Assembly: GCA_964496505.1 (NCBI GenBank)
Contig: CAZBZV010000015.1
Location: 754-64,753, forward strand
Source: an uncultured Ignavibacteria bacterium
Lineage (GTDB): Bacteria > Zixibacteria > MSB-5A5 > JAABVY01
Length of the DNA stretch: 64,000 nucleotides
Reading direction: 5' to 3'
This document shows positions 39,935-50,736 of the stretch, in pieces; position 1 is the first letter of the stretch; each line of letters begins with the position of its first letter. The translations under genes were made by a program, and so were the position numbers. The notes below the pieces were generated by a model that was not told where the DNA came from, ran no database searches, and saw only the letters and a program-made list of their open reading frames with translations.

Positions 39935-41302
39935 ATGATCAATATATCCAAAAAAATTCGTGATTATATCTACCTGTATCGGCCGTTGCCCGATTATTAC
40001 GGTACGCAGTTTAAGAAGATCTACGCCTTTCTGAAGGAAAGCCGTCATTGGGACCGGCAGCGGATTGCTGAGTACAAGCTGGAGAGGCTGAAAGAGCTTG
40101 TGCGGCATGCGCAGGCCAATGTCCCTTTCTATCGGGAATTATACGGGAAACATGATATCAATGCGGAGGATATAAAAACATTCGAGGATTTTTCACAGCT
40201 TCCGGTGCTGACCAAAAAAGCTCTTCAGAATAATTTCGATACGCTCAAAGCCGACAATATTAAAAAATTCGATCCGATTCCCGGCTCAACCTCGGCCACC
40301 TCGGCAGGCGCAACCAAATTCCTTCGCAGTGCATACCTGGAAGCGTATCGTAAGGCTGTAATCTGGCGCTTTTTTAATGAATATGGCTATCATTTCCGCC
40401 AGAAAAGGGTAAATATAACCAATCCGATTAATTTCGATCCTGATGCTCCAGTCTTTGAATACGATAAACTCGAAAACGAATTGATTATAGATACTGCCCA
40501 TCTCATGGCACAGCGTTTCGAGAAAGCATACGATGCAATCCTCTCTTTCAAGCCCAGGCTGGTATGGGCGCATGCCAACATGCTTGGACCGCTGGCCGAA
40601 TATGTACTCCGCAATGATCTTCCCCCTGTTGAGTCCGAATTAGTGGCGACCTTCGCCATAAAATTCGAGTCCCATGTGCGCCGGATGGTTGAGAAAGTAT
40701 TCAAAGGTAAGTATTTTGAATATTACGGCAACCGCGAGAATACTATCGCTGCATGGGGTGACAATAGCAAAAAGTTCTTCGAGGTATCCGAATACTGCCA
40801 CCTCGAACTGGATACCAGAGCTTCCTGCGGAAGGAAGGATGAAGGCGATTTGATCACGACCAGCCTGCATAACTATGCCTTTCCATTGATAAGATATCAT
40901 TCCGAAGATTACGCTAAATGGCTGGGATACACCGATGATGATAAACCATACCCCGCCCTGAAACTGATCGGCGGCCGCGGAAAGGATTTGATTTTAACCC
41001 CCGAAGGATTAATAGAACCATATATTTTTGTGCATGCCAAACAACAGGGTTTCGATAAAATGCAGACATACCAGATCGAGCAGCTTGCAATCGACAAGCT
41101 TCTCTTTCGCATCGTACCTAAGCCGGAGTATGATCGCAATAGAGATGAAGCTACCATGATAAAGCTTATCAAAGAGGCTTTGCCCGGAGAGTTCGAAATT
41201 AAAATCGAGTATGTCGATGCCATACCTCCCACTCCGCAGGGAAAATTTCGTCTGGTAATCTCGCCCCTGGCCCTCGATTATATCAATCAATACGAGTCCT
41301 GA
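39935..41302 (+). CDS. CapK/phenylacetate-CoA-ligase-like adenylate-forming protein (paralog 2)
   Basis: Same length (455 aa) and motifs as the upstream gene (LPVLTK, TSATSAG, YYGNRE, NYAFPLIRY, TPQGKFR). Confidence 0.85.
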   Translation: MINISKKIRDYIYLYRPLPDYYGTQFKKIYAFLKESRHWDRQRIAEYKLERLKELVRHAQANVPFYRELYGKHDINAEDIKTFEDFSQLPVLTKKALQNNFDTLKADNIKKFDPIPGSTSATSAGATKFLRSAYLEAYRKAVIWRFFNEYGYHFRQKRVNITNPINFDPDAPVFEYDKLENELIIDTAHLMAQRFEKAYDAILSFKPRLVWAHANMLGPLAEYVLRNDLPPVESELVATFAIKFESHVRRMVEKVFKGKYFEYYGNRENTIAAWGDNSKKFFEVSEYCHLELDTRASCGRKDEGDLITTSLHNYAFPLIRYHSEDYAKWLGYTDDDKPYPALKLIGGRGKDLILTPEGLIEPYIFVHAKQQGFDKMQTYQIEQLAIDKLLFRIVPKPEYDRNRDEATMIKLIKEALPGEFEIKIEYVDAIPPTPQGKFRLVISPLALDYINQYES

Positions 41303-41534
41303 ATCTTTTAATACTTTATCAAAACGATAGACTTGTAATTCCTTTTTTGTTTGTATTCCAGTGGGAAAGAATATATATTATTATTTAATTTGGAAATGAC
41401 ACCTGTAATTTTGCCTCTGGGGAAAACTGTGTATAACAACCTTAGTCGAAAAATATGAACAAATCTGCATAATCGCTGTATTTCTTTAAGATGGGAATGA
41501 AATAACGCAAACATCAAAATACAGGAGTAAGAGA

Positions 41535-44402
41535 ATGCTAAGACGCGGCATTAATTTGTTGATACTGACATTTTTCATGTTAAGCGGAAGTGTTCTGCTT
41601 TTTGCGCAGTCATCCGAGACTCCGCAGACTCAGATGTCATTCAGCCTGAGCGAGGCGATTCCGCTTGATCCCAATGTCACCATGGGGAAACTAGACAATG
41701 GAGTGACCTACTACATAAAAACCAACCATAAACCCGAAGAACGTGCGGAATTGCGTCTTGCGATCAACGCCGGCTCGGTGCTGGAAACCGATGCTCAACG
41801 AGGTCTGGCGCATTTTACCGAGCATATGGCCTTTAACGGTTCGAAGAATTTCGAGAAGCAGGAGCTGGTGGATTATCTGGAATCGATTGGAATGCGTTTC
41901 GGTCCCGACCTTAACGCCTATACCAGCTTCGATGAAACCGTGTATATGCTGCAGGTACCTACCGATAGTACCGAACTGGTCGAGACAGCCTTCCAGATCC
42001 TCGAGGACTGGGCGCATCAGTTAAGTCTCGAGGCCGAGGAGATCGACAAGGAGCGCGGTGTGATTGTCGAGGAATGGCGCGGGGGACGCGGCGCCGAAGC
42101 GCGTATGATGGATGAGCAGTTTCCGATCCTTTTGCAAGGCTCCAAATATGCCGAAAGGCTTCCTATCGGCAAAATGGAGGTTGTCGAAAATTTCGAATAT
42201 GAGGTATTAAGAGATTTTTATTACGACTGGTACCGTCCCGACAATATAGCGGTGGTGGCAGTCGGTGATTTCGATCCGGAGTGGATTGAGGGATTGATTA
42301 AAAAGCATTTTGCTCAAATCCCCATGCCGGAGGACCCGCCGGTAAGAGAGGAATTCGAGGTTCCCGATCATGAGGAAACCCTGTTTGCGATAGCCTCCGA
42401 TCCCGAGGCTGCGATGTCGAGGGTGGCAATCTATTACAAACATCCTCTGAAGAAAATCGAAACTGCAGAGGATTACCGCGAAAAAATCCTGTCAGACCTA
42501 TACAACGGCATGCTGAATCAGCGCCTTATGGAGCTTACCAAGAAAGCCGATCCGCCCTTTATTGCCGGCTTTTCCGGAGAGGGCAGATTTTTGAGAACCA
42601 AGAATGTTTACTTTCTGGTTGCCATGGTCATGGAAGGCGGAATCGAGAAGGGCCTGGAAGCGATATTGACCGAGGCCAAACGTGTCAAGCAGCACGGTTT
42701 CACCGAAAGTGAACTGGAACGGCAGAAGAAAGAAACGCTGCGTGCCATGGAGAAGCAGTTTAATGAGCGTGACAAAACCGAATCGCGGAGATTCGCAATG
42801 CAGTTTGTCAGCAATTATCTCAACGACAATAAAGTTCCGGGAATTGAATGGGAATACGAACTTTACCGGCAGGTTGTACCGGATATAACACTGGATGAGA
42901 TCAATGAGCTGGCCGACAAATGGATTCGCGATGAAAGCCGTGTAATCATGGTCAACTCTCCGGAGAAGGAAGGGCTCGAGATCCCCACAGAGGAAGATCT
43001 TCTTGCTGTTTTCGAAAAGGTCGAGGCCAGTGATATCATGGCTTACTCCGACGAGGTTTCGGATAAGCCGCTGGTCGAGAATCCGCCCCAGGGCTCCGAA
43101 GTCGTGATTGAAGAATATATCGAGGAGATCGATACATATCACTGGACCCTTGCCAATGGTGTCGAGGTCGTCCTGAAGCCAACGGACTTCAAAAATGATG
43201 AGGTTCGCTTCAATGCCTTTAGTCCGGGCGGAACCTCGCTTGTCACCGATAATGATTACATGGCAGCCGCTACCGCCACGGCATTAATGAATGAGGGCGG
43301 AATTGCGGATTTGAACAAGATAAAGCTGGATAAGATGCTGGCTGGCAAGGTTGTCAGCGTTTCTCCCTGGATGAGTTCCGAGGAGGAAGGTATTAGCGGC
43401 AGCGCTTCACCAGAGGATCTGGAAACGATGTTCCAGCTAATATACTTGTTCTTCACCAATCCCCGTACCGACGGCACTGCCTTTCAATCTTACAAGAACA
43501 GGCTGACAACCGTCTATGAGAACCGTAGTTCCAATCCTGAGGCTGTTTTCAGTGATACCATTAGCTGGACCATGGCCCAGCATCATCCCCGCATGAAACC
43601 GTGGTCGCTGGAACGTCTGAAGGAGATGGACCTTGAGAAATCAATCGAGATATACAATGATCGTTTTGCCGATGCCGGCGATTTTACATTTGTCCTGGTA
43701 GGCAACCTGAATCCGGATGAGATCAGGCCCATGATCGAGACCTGGCTGGGCGGCCTTCCCTCAACAGGACGTACCGAAAGCTGGCGCAATCTGGAAATCG
43801 ACCCACCCAGCGGCCTGGTTGAAAAAGAGGTGCGCAAAGGCCTGGAGCCGAAAAGTTATGTGCGTATTCTCTTCCCGGGTGATTTCGAGTGGAGCCGTCA
43901 GAACCGTTATGACCTGATGTCTACCGCCAGCTGCCTTCGCATCAAACTGCGCGAGGTACTGCGCGAGGATATGGGCGGTACTTACGGCGTTGGTGTCTGG
44001 GCTTCCACATCAAAATATCCCGAGGAGGAATATCAGTTCGGAATCACATTCGGATGTAATCCCGAGCGTGTGGAAGAGCTGACCGAAACGGTATTTATGC
44101 AGCTTGACAGCTTGCAGCAGTATGGTATCGAGGAAAGCTATATCCAGAAAGTAGCTGAGATGCAGAGACGTGAAAGAGAGAAAGACTTAAAGGAAAACAG
44201 GTTCTGGCTCTCAAGCCTGCGGCAGGCATACAGCCATGACATCGATCCGCGCCTGATATTGCATCTTGAAGAGCTTGTTTCGGAACTGGATGCCGGGGAC
44301 ATACAGGAAACTGCCAGAGAATACCTGGATATGTCCAACTATGCAGTCTTTGTGCTTTATCCGGAGAAGGATATGCAGGTGCAGGAAGAACAGCAGCAAT
44401 AG
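41535..44402 (+). CDS. pqqL: M16B zinc peptidase (PqqL-like), secreted
   Basis: Signal peptide; GLAHFTEHMAFNG (HxxEH), NAYTSFDETVY, KERGVIVEE, WYRPDN, LREDMGGTY. Confidence 0.92.
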   Translation: MLRRGINLLILTFFMLSGSVLLFAQSSETPQTQMSFSLSEAIPLDPNVTMGKLDNGVTYYIKTNHKPEERAELRLAINAGSVLETDAQRGLAHFTEHMAFNGSKNFEKQELVDYLESIGMRFGPDLNAYTSFDETVYMLQVPTDSTELVETAFQILEDWAHQLSLEAEEIDKERGVIVEEWRGGRGAEARMMDEQFPILLQGSKYAERLPIGKMEVVENFEYEVLRDFYYDWYRPDNIAVVAVGDFDPEWIEGLIKKHFAQIPMPEDPPVREEFEVPDHEETLFAIASDPEAAMSRVAIYYKHPLKKIETAEDYREKILSDLYNGMLNQRLMELTKKADPPFIAGFSGEGRFLRTKNVYFLVAMVMEGGIEKGLEAILTEAKRVKQHGFTESELERQKKETLRAMEKQFNERDKTESRRFAMQFVSNYLNDNKVPGIEWEYELYRQVVPDITLDEINELADKWIRDESRVIMVNSPEKEGLEIPTEEDLLAVFEKVEASDIMAYSDEVSDKPLVENPPQGSEVVIEEYIEEIDTYHWTLANGVEVVLKPTDFKNDEVRFNAFSPGGTSLVTDNDYMAAATATALMNEGGIADLNKIKLDKMLAGKVVSVSPWMSSEEEGISGSASPEDLETMFQLIYLFFTNPRTDGTAFQSYKNRLTTVYENRSSNPEAVFSDTISWTMAQHHPRMKPWSLERLKEMDLEKSIEIYNDRFADAGDFTFVLVGNLNPDEIRPMIETWLGGLPSTGRTESWRNLEIDPPSGLVEKEVRKGLEPKSYVRILFPGDFEWSRQNRYDLMSTASCLRIKLREVLREDMGGTYGVGVWASTSKYPEEEYQFGITFGCNPERVEELTETVFMQLDSLQQYGIEESYIQKVAEMQRREREKDLKENRFWLSSLRQAYSHDIDPRLILHLEELVSELDAGDIQETAREYLDMSNYAVFVLYPEKDMQVQEEQQQ

Positions 44403-44424
44403 AAGATTAACATGAAAGTATAAT

Positions 44425-44462
44425 AGAATGCCTCAGGTCGTCACGACTTGAGGCATTCTTTT
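44425..44462 (+). terminator. Intrinsic terminator of pqqL, probably shared with a convergent ncRNA
   Basis: AGAATGCCTCAGGTCG-TCA-CGACTTGAGGCATTCT followed by TTT. Confidence 0.8.
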
Positions 44463-44630
44463 AGTTGGAACCCTGAAGGGTATTGAGACATACCATGCAC
44501 CATTTGATGGCACAGGCAGTTTTATTGCTCACTAATGCGCATGCCCCCAAAACTGTTTCTCGTTTTGCAAATACTAAAACAAATCGCCAATGGTGCAGGA
44601 TAGGTCAGTCGTGATTTGTTATTAGGCTCT
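44425..44630 (-). ncRNA. Candidate structured ncRNA of about 200 nt (possibly 6S-like)
   Basis: Own promoter upstream; helices UGCACCAUU/AAUGGUGCA, UCACGACU/AGUCGUGA, CAGUUUU/AAAACUG, GUUUU/AAAAC, ACCC/GGGU; G-U pairs favour the minus strand; no credible ORF. Confidence 0.55.
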
Positions 44631-44636
44631 GCAAAC

Positions 44637-44664
44637 AATATATCCTTTGCACTTTCTTTGTCAA
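44637..44664 (-). promoter_or_regulatory. Sigma70-type promoter facing the candidate ncRNA
   Basis: Minus strand TTGACA-N16-TATATT, with no minus-strand gene downstream. Confidence 0.6.
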
Positions 44665-44831
44665 GATACTTTAGTATTCATATAAATATTTTTAGTGCTT
44701 TTGCATGCTGCGCCTGAACGTTTTCAGGCAATTTCAGCATTGGTTTTTTTGACATTTAATCATTTCATTTCCCGCCATTTGTATTATTTTCTCATCCGAT
44801 AACGTCTGTTCGAAGCGAAAGGGAATGTTAT

Positions 44832-45605
44832 ATGAAAAAAATCAGAATGCTTTCATGGAATATCAACGGCATCAGGGCAATCCATAAAAAGGGTGCGCTG
44901 GAATGGTTTTTTACCGAACAGCCCGATATCCTCTGCCTGCAGGAGACAAAGGCTCAGGAGGAACAGGTTCCCAGGCAGTTGAAAGAGGTCGAGGGATATC
45001 ATGTCTACTTTACATCTGCTGAAAGAAAGGGCTACAGCGGGGTGGCGCTATACAGCAAAATCGAACCGAATGACGTAAAGCACGGTTTGGACACTCCGGT
45101 ATTCGATATCGAGGGCAGAACCATAATTGCAGAATACAATAATTTCGTGCTCTTCAATATATATTTCCCAAACGGCAAGCAGTCAAAGGATCGTCTGAAA
45201 TATAAGATGGATTTTTACGATGCCTTTTTCGATTATGCGGAAAATTTAAAAAAGAAAGGGAAGAATATCATAATCTGCGGCGATGTCAACACTGCCCATA
45301 GGGAGATCGATCTCGCTCGTCCAAAGGAAAATGAAAAGGTCTCCGGATTTCTTCCCGAGGAACGTGCCTGGATGGATAAGCTTTTCGATCATGGCTATGT
45401 CGATACATTCAGGATGTTCAATCAGGAGCCGGAACATTATACCTGGTGGGATATGAAAAGCAGGGCCCGTGACAGGAATGTGGGCTGGAGAATCGACTAC
45501 TTTATAGTCAACGAGAGTTTGAAGAAAAAAGTAAAAGATGCCTACATCCTGCCCAAGATCATGGGCTCGGATCATTGCCCGGTTGGTCTCGAGGTTAGTG
45601 TTTGA
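44832..45605 (+). CDS. xth: Exodeoxyribonuclease III / AP endonuclease
   Basis: [53 protein letters not shown]. Confidence 0.96.
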   Translation: MKKIRMLSWNINGIRAIHKKGALEWFFTEQPDILCLQETKAQEEQVPRQLKEVEGYHVYFTSAERKGYSGVALYSKIEPNDVKHGLDTPVFDIEGRTIIAEYNNFVLFNIYFPNGKQSKDRLKYKMDFYDAFFDYAENLKKKGKNIIICGDVNTAHREIDLARPKENEKVSGFLPEERAWMDKLFDHGYVDTFRMFNQEPEHYTWWDMKSRARDRNVGWRIDYFIVNESLKKKVKDAYILPKIMGSDHCPVGLEVSV

Positions 45606-46540
45606 TGGCACGGTATCTCTCATTACTTTTCCCGCTGATTATGGCGGCGATGCTATTTCCACATAGCCTGTCGGCTGATGGCTTCGATATTCGTGATATC
45701 GAGCTTGACAAGGGCAGCTTCCACTCGCGAGAATATAACACCGATTTACGATCAACTCTTTATTTCGATGATGATGCTATGGAACGCCGCAAGAAGGCGC
45801 AGCGCAAACTCTTTAATGATATTGGAAATGCCGCCGAGAATATGTTCTCGGATGCTGTGCATATCTATTCCGCACCCTCACGGATCAGTACAACTGATGC
45901 GTTCTGGCTGGGAGGGATTATCGCCGCAGGCGGCATTATCTATATCTACGATCAGGAGATATATGATATCTTCCAGCGCAATCGGGATAATGAGGTTATG
46001 AAAGAGGTCAGCGAAGCCGGGGAGCTTTTTGATGAGATCGGGCATGGCGGACGGGCGGCTAAGTATTATGTTGCAATTCTCGCTTTCGGGTATGTCTCCG
46101 GAATCGACAAGCTGGTGCAGATACCGGCCGAAATTCTCGAATCCTACTATGTGGCCGGGCTGATCAAGGTGACTGCCAACCGTCTTCTGGGACGACGCCG
46201 TCCAAATGAGGGACTGGGACCGCGATACTTCGAATTCAATGGCGGGACATCATTTCCGTCCGGGCATGCCGCCAATGTTTCGCAGGTGGCGACCATACTT
46301 TCACGGCATATAAACTATCTTCCGTTCACGATTGCGGCCTATACCGCATTGGGAACAGTTTGTGTGGAAAGGATGACCTCGGAGTCGCACTGGCCCTCGG
46401 ATGTTTATTTTGCGGTGGTTTATGGCTGGGCGGTGTCGAACGAAATCTTCCGCCTGAACCGCGAAAGACGTTTGAGCATTCAGCCCACGGCGTTAAGCGC
46501 CGATAATATACCGGGATTGATGATTTCATTTAAATTTTAA
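45602..46540 (+). CDS. PAP2-superfamily phosphatase
   Basis: K..LGRRRP, SFPSGH and [10 protein letters not shown] motifs; signal peptide. Confidence 0.88.
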   Translation: MMARYLSLLFPLIMAAMLFPHSLSADGFDIRDIELDKGSFHSREYNTDLRSTLYFDDDAMERRKKAQRKLFNDIGNAAENMFSDAVHIYSAPSRISTTDAFWLGGIIAAGGIIYIYDQEIYDIFQRNRDNEVMKEVSEAGELFDEIGHGGRAAKYYVAILAFGYVSGIDKLVQIPAEILESYYVAGLIKVTANRLLGRRRPNEGLGPRYFEFNGGTSFPSGHAANVSQVATILSRHINYLPFTIAAYTALGTVCVERMTSESHWPSDVYFAVVYGWAVSNEIFRLNRERRLSIQPTALSADNIPGLMISFKF

Positions 46541-46626
46541 CAACCGGAACAGTCGACCGTTGTATAACATATAAATCATATAGTAAATCATATAGCATTG
46601 GCCATCTACAAATCAGGAAATCGATT

Positions 46627-47466
46627 TTGAAAATCATTATTGCAGCATTTGTATTAATCAGCATCTTTGCATACTCATCCGGCGCGGCACAGGACAGCCC
46701 TTATCTATGGTTGAATGATTATGACAGCGCCAATACTATTGTTACCCGAATCGATGTTCCTGAGGGATTCAAGCGGGTCAATCCCATGTCCGGCACATTC
46801 GCCCACTGGCTCCAGCATCTGCCGCTTAAGGAGGACGGTTCGAAAGTTTATCTTTACAACGGCAATGAGAAAAACAGCCAGAATCACCATTATGCGGTGG
46901 TAGATATTGATCGCAGTGAGAGGGATTTACAGCAGTGCGCGGACGCTATTATCAGGATGCGGGCGGAGTATTTCTATTCACTCGGTAAGTATGACATGAT
47001 CCATTTCAATTTCACCTCAGGGCACGAGGCCAAATACCGAAGCTGGATTCAGGGCCATCGTCCCAAAGTCGACCGGGTGCGCGTGAATTGGGTGAAAAAT
47101 GCCGAGGTGGATTCATCATACGAGGGATTTCAATTATATCTCGATTCGGTTTTTATGTATGCCGGTACTTATTCGCTGTCCAACGAACTTCAGCCGGTTG
47201 AGGACATTACCAAGATGCGTATCGGCGATGTTTTCATCAAGCCCGGCTTTCCGGGGCATGCTATGATAGTGGTCGATATGGCTGTGGATAAGGATAACGG
47301 CAGGAACATATTTCTTCTGGCGCAGGGTTACACTCCCGCGCAGGATATTCATATCGTGAAGAATCCCAATGATGACGACTTGAGCCCATGGTACCCTCTC
47401 GATTTCGGCGACACCCTCAAAACCCCCGAATGGACCTTCAAAAAAGACGACTTGAAGCGGTTTTGA
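46627..47466 (+). CDS. DUF4846-family secreted protein
   Basis: WLQHLPLK, DLQQCADAIIRMRAEY, VFMYAGTYSL, PGHAMIVVD, LAQGYTPAQDIH. Confidence 0.85.
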   Translation: MKIIIAAFVLISIFAYSSGAAQDSPYLWLNDYDSANTIVTRIDVPEGFKRVNPMSGTFAHWLQHLPLKEDGSKVYLYNGNEKNSQNHHYAVVDIDRSERDLQQCADAIIRMRAEYFYSLGKYDMIHFNFTSGHEAKYRSWIQGHRPKVDRVRVNWVKNAEVDSSYEGFQLYLDSVFMYAGTYSLSNELQPVEDITKMRIGDVFIKPGFPGHAMIVVDMAVDKDNGRNIFLLAQGYTPAQDIHIVKNPNDDDLSPWYPLDFGDTLKTPEWTFKKDDLKRF

Positions 47467-47640
47467 GATAACTTTTCAATATCATTTTCTGCAGTTTTTC
47501 CGGACATTTTATTTGACAACTCTGCATCTAATTCGTTAATAGAATACGTGCACCATTATCGCATAGACATCGGGGAATAATTCGGTAGTATAGATGTAGA
47601 ATATATAGAAAAGAAATCAATCTAATTTATTGGAGGTAAA

Positions 47641-48423
47641 ATGAGAAATAAGGCGATTTTTGTCATTACAATAATATTCATATCTGCATTATGTCTTGCC
47701 AATAATGAGGATGCCGATCCGGCAAACGCAAAAACCGGAGATATTATGGTGGTAGCTCGCGGCTGCACACCTCCGCCCTATGAAACCGGACTGAAGCTGA
47801 TCTTAAACAGGATGCCAGAAGGAGCTGAGCGTATAATTGTGACATCATACCCCAACACTTTGATTGACAACGAGGATTCAATGCAAAAGCTATGGCGTGA
47901 ATATATGCTTAAATTCCAATCTATGCTTAGGTCGGGAAGCATGCTCGATACCGCTAACGGAGTAGTAATTATAAGACCAAGTGTTTATTTTTATGATGAT
48001 TATCGCGTTGCTGTTGGAATAACTGATTCGCTTGGCCGTTATATCTTTTCGGACCTTCCGCCCGGTGAATATCAGTTGATTCTTGACGGCTCACGACCTT
48101 TCAATCCGGTTAAAGAATATGAACGTTCAAATAGACTCTTCGCGCAGAGAACTGATTTTCCTGATTTTAAAATCAACTACCCGCCCGACATTGAGGAAAG
48201 GCTCTATCAACAAGAGGGCAGCAAAGGACTATGGCCATTCGGCCAAACCCTCTGTCAAGATGGAATAATTGATAGCATAAGAGTTGCCCCGGATAGTATG
48301 TCTATTTCAAAAATCGCGACTCAATTCACAGATGGTTTTGAAGACTTTGGATATAGGATTAAAATCTGGAATAGTAAATTTAAAGCAAGGGACGGGCAAA
48401 ATGAAAGCAAAAACAATAATTAA
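47641..48423 (+). CDS. Hypothetical secreted protein with a prealbumin/carboxypeptidase-regulatory-like segment
   Basis: RBS GGAGG, signal peptide, TDSLGRYIFSDLPPGEYQL; overlaps the start of the S8 gene. Confidence 0.65.
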   Translation: MRNKAIFVITIIFISALCLANNEDADPANAKTGDIMVVARGCTPPPYETGLKLILNRMPEGAERIIVTSYPNTLIDNEDSMQKLWREYMLKFQSMLRSGSMLDTANGVVIIRPSVYFYDDYRVAVGITDSLGRYIFSDLPPGEYQLILDGSRPFNPVKEYERSNRLFAQRTDFPDFKINYPPDIEERLYQQEGSKGLWPFGQTLCQDGIIDSIRVAPDSMSISKIATQFTDGFEDFGYRIKIWNSKFKARDGQNESKNNN

Positions 48424-50665
48424 GAGGATGTCTTTTTTCTATATAGTTGTAGTTTTCATTCTTTTGGTTAATGAAAACTTGTCTGGAAAAATCGATCCCC
48501 TATTGCAGAGCTTAAAAGCACAACAGAAGGAAAGCATAAGAACGACATTGGGGCTTGATGGATTGGAATATGTTTCATCGCCTATACTGATTGCCAATCT
48601 TAAAAATATAATTGATATTTCCGAAGATAAGGGGGAATTAACCGTATATACGATTATTCAAACGGATGGTGAATTTGAAGAATTCAGTCATTTTGGAATT
48701 AGAACCAATACAAAGATAGGAAACTTTTATACTGCTGAATTAACAATGGATCAGATTGATTCATTGGCCGCACAAAAAGGCATTGTAAGAATAGATGCCA
48801 GTGTTAAATGTAAGTTGAATCTGGATACCAGTTTAACAACAATGAAAGTAGATGCTGCAATTGATACGTTCGGTTTAACGGGAAAAGGGGTAATTATTGG
48901 GGTTATAGATGCAGGTTTTGATATTTGGAATGCCGATTTTCAAAAGCAAAATGATACCACAACCAGGATATTGTATTATTTTGATGTGAATGACAATTCA
49001 GGACCATCTCCATTAAGCTATGGCACCGAGTTTAATAGCAGGCAAATAAATAACTTATCTTGTGGACATCTCGATTTTGATGGACATGGTACCGCGGTTG
49101 CCGGAATCGAATGTGGCAACGGAAAAAGGACAAAAAATGGACTTCCCCCTGGCACTTACAAAGGTGTAGCTCCTGAAGCCTCCATTATCATTTTTGATTT
49201 CGTTTATAAAGAGCACTTAAGTACCGGTAAGATATTGGATGGCGTTGGATATATAATGCAAAAAAGCCAATCTTTGAATATGCCTTGTGTAATCAATATA
49301 AGTTCTGGGTCATTTAAAGGTCCAAAGGATGAGACAAGCCCATTCGAAATGGCATTGTTTAATGCTGGTTTTAATACTGGTAGGGCTATAGTTGCAAGTG
49401 CTGGCAATCGCAATTATATATATCCGAAGCCCTTGTACAAAGGCCAAAAGTGGCATGCAAGCCGAAATAGTCAATCATATCCGAGTATTCAAGATACGGT
49501 TGAGATTTTTGTGGCAACAGACACCATGGCTCAACCCCAAGGTAGTGATGAGTATATTGCGATTCAAATATGGTACCCGGCTGGACAGAATTTTTACGTT
49601 GGATTGATTTCTCCATCCGGAGATTCATGCGGACATTGGGGACCTAACGATGGTAATGCTCCACCCGGACTGACGTGCCCTAAGCCATTTGGATTAATCG
49701 GTATACATAATGAAGATTATGATTTAATGCATCCTGATCCATATCCAGACACTTATGGTGAAATTACAATTGACTTGATGGATTGGTATATGGGTTATCC
49801 CCTTGAAAGGGGAACATGGAAAATAACAATGGATAGCGGAGTGGGAAAATGGGATACGTATATTTACTTCAGCAATACACACACACCTCAGAATTCGGGA
49901 GATTATTCTTATATTCCGGACTTCAATAACGATGGATGTGTTACTGAGCCGGGCAATGCTGAATGTGTTATCGCAGTAGGCGCCTATACCTCCAAAAATA
50001 GCTGGATTGATGCCGATTCTATCTTTATATACGATATAAATTTTACTCCTGGTGATACTAGTTTTTTTTCTTCGCGAGGGCCTACTCGGGATGGAAGGAA
50101 TAAGCCTGATATTTTGGCACCTGGTGCAATGATTGCATCATCTGTTTCTGATCACTACATAAATGGGCCTGTGGGTTATACAAAATATGATAGCACTCAT
50201 TTGGCGTATGATTCTTGTCATTATCATCGCTCAGGCACTAGCTTTGCCGCACCGCATATTGCAGGTTTAGTAGCATTGATGTTTCAGGTTGATTCCGAAT
50301 TGACATGTATTGATCTAATAGATTGTCTTCAAAGTACCGCGTCCGGAATAGGCCACGTTAATGCAGTTGAAGCGCTTCGATGCGTGGGAGCGGATTCATT
50401 CTGCCAGGGAGGATGCGGAGATGCAAATGGTGACGGGCCTGTGAATGTTTCAGATGCAGTCTGGGTAATCAATTATGTTTTTATCGGCGGACCTGAGCCT
50501 TTGCCAGTACTGGCATGTGGTGATGCGAACACAGATGGAGCCGTTAATGTATCTGATGCCGTATTTATAATTGAATATACTTTCCAGGGCGGCCCGGATC
50601 CGGGAGATTGTTCGCCAGGATCATGGACCGGCCAGGGCGGAAATTGTTGTCCATTTACTCGTTGA
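48401..50665 (+). CDS. S8 subtilase with inserted domain and C-terminal dockerin
   Basis: Catalytic triad VIDAG, GHGTAVAG, SGTSFAAPH; SAGN; FSSRGPTRDGRNKPDILAPG; dockerin CGDANGDGPVNVSDAV x2. Start moved to ATG 48401 to give a signal peptide. Confidence 0.9.
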   Translation: MKAKTIIKRMSFFYIVVVFILLVNENLSGKIDPLLQSLKAQQKESIRTTLGLDGLEYVSSPILIANLKNIIDISEDKGELTVYTIIQTDGEFEEFSHFGIRTNTKIGNFYTAELTMDQIDSLAAQKGIVRIDASVKCKLNLDTSLTTMKVDAAIDTFGLTGKGVIIGVIDAGFDIWNADFQKQNDTTTRILYYFDVNDNSGPSPLSYGTEFNSRQINNLSCGHLDFDGHGTAVAGIECGNGKRTKNGLPPGTYKGVAPEASIIIFDFVYKEHLSTGKILDGVGYIMQKSQSLNMPCVINISSGSFKGPKDETSPFEMALFNAGFNTGRAIVASAGNRNYIYPKPLYKGQKWHASRNSQSYPSIQDTVEIFVATDTMAQPQGSDEYIAIQIWYPAGQNFYVGLISPSGDSCGHWGPNDGNAPPGLTCPKPFGLIGIHNEDYDLMHPDPYPDTYGEITIDLMDWYMGYPLERGTWKITMDSGVGKWDTYIYFSNTHTPQNSGDYSYIPDFNNDGCVTEPGNAECVIAVGAYTSKNSWIDADSIFIYDINFTPGDTSFFSSRGPTRDGRNKPDILAPGAMIASSVSDHYINGPVGYTKYDSTHLAYDSCHYHRSGTSFAAPHIAGLVALMFQVDSELTCIDLIDCLQSTASGIGHVNAVEALRCVGADSFCQGGCGDANGDGPVNVSDAVWVINYVFIGGPEPLPVLACGDANTDGAVNVSDAVFIIEYTFQGGPDPGDCSPGSWTGQGGNCCPFTR

Positions 50666-50736
50666 TGAAGTAAAACCGGCAAGAAAATTCACCATAAACC
50701 AGTATTAACAGCTTACCTGAAGAAAAAATGTGGACT

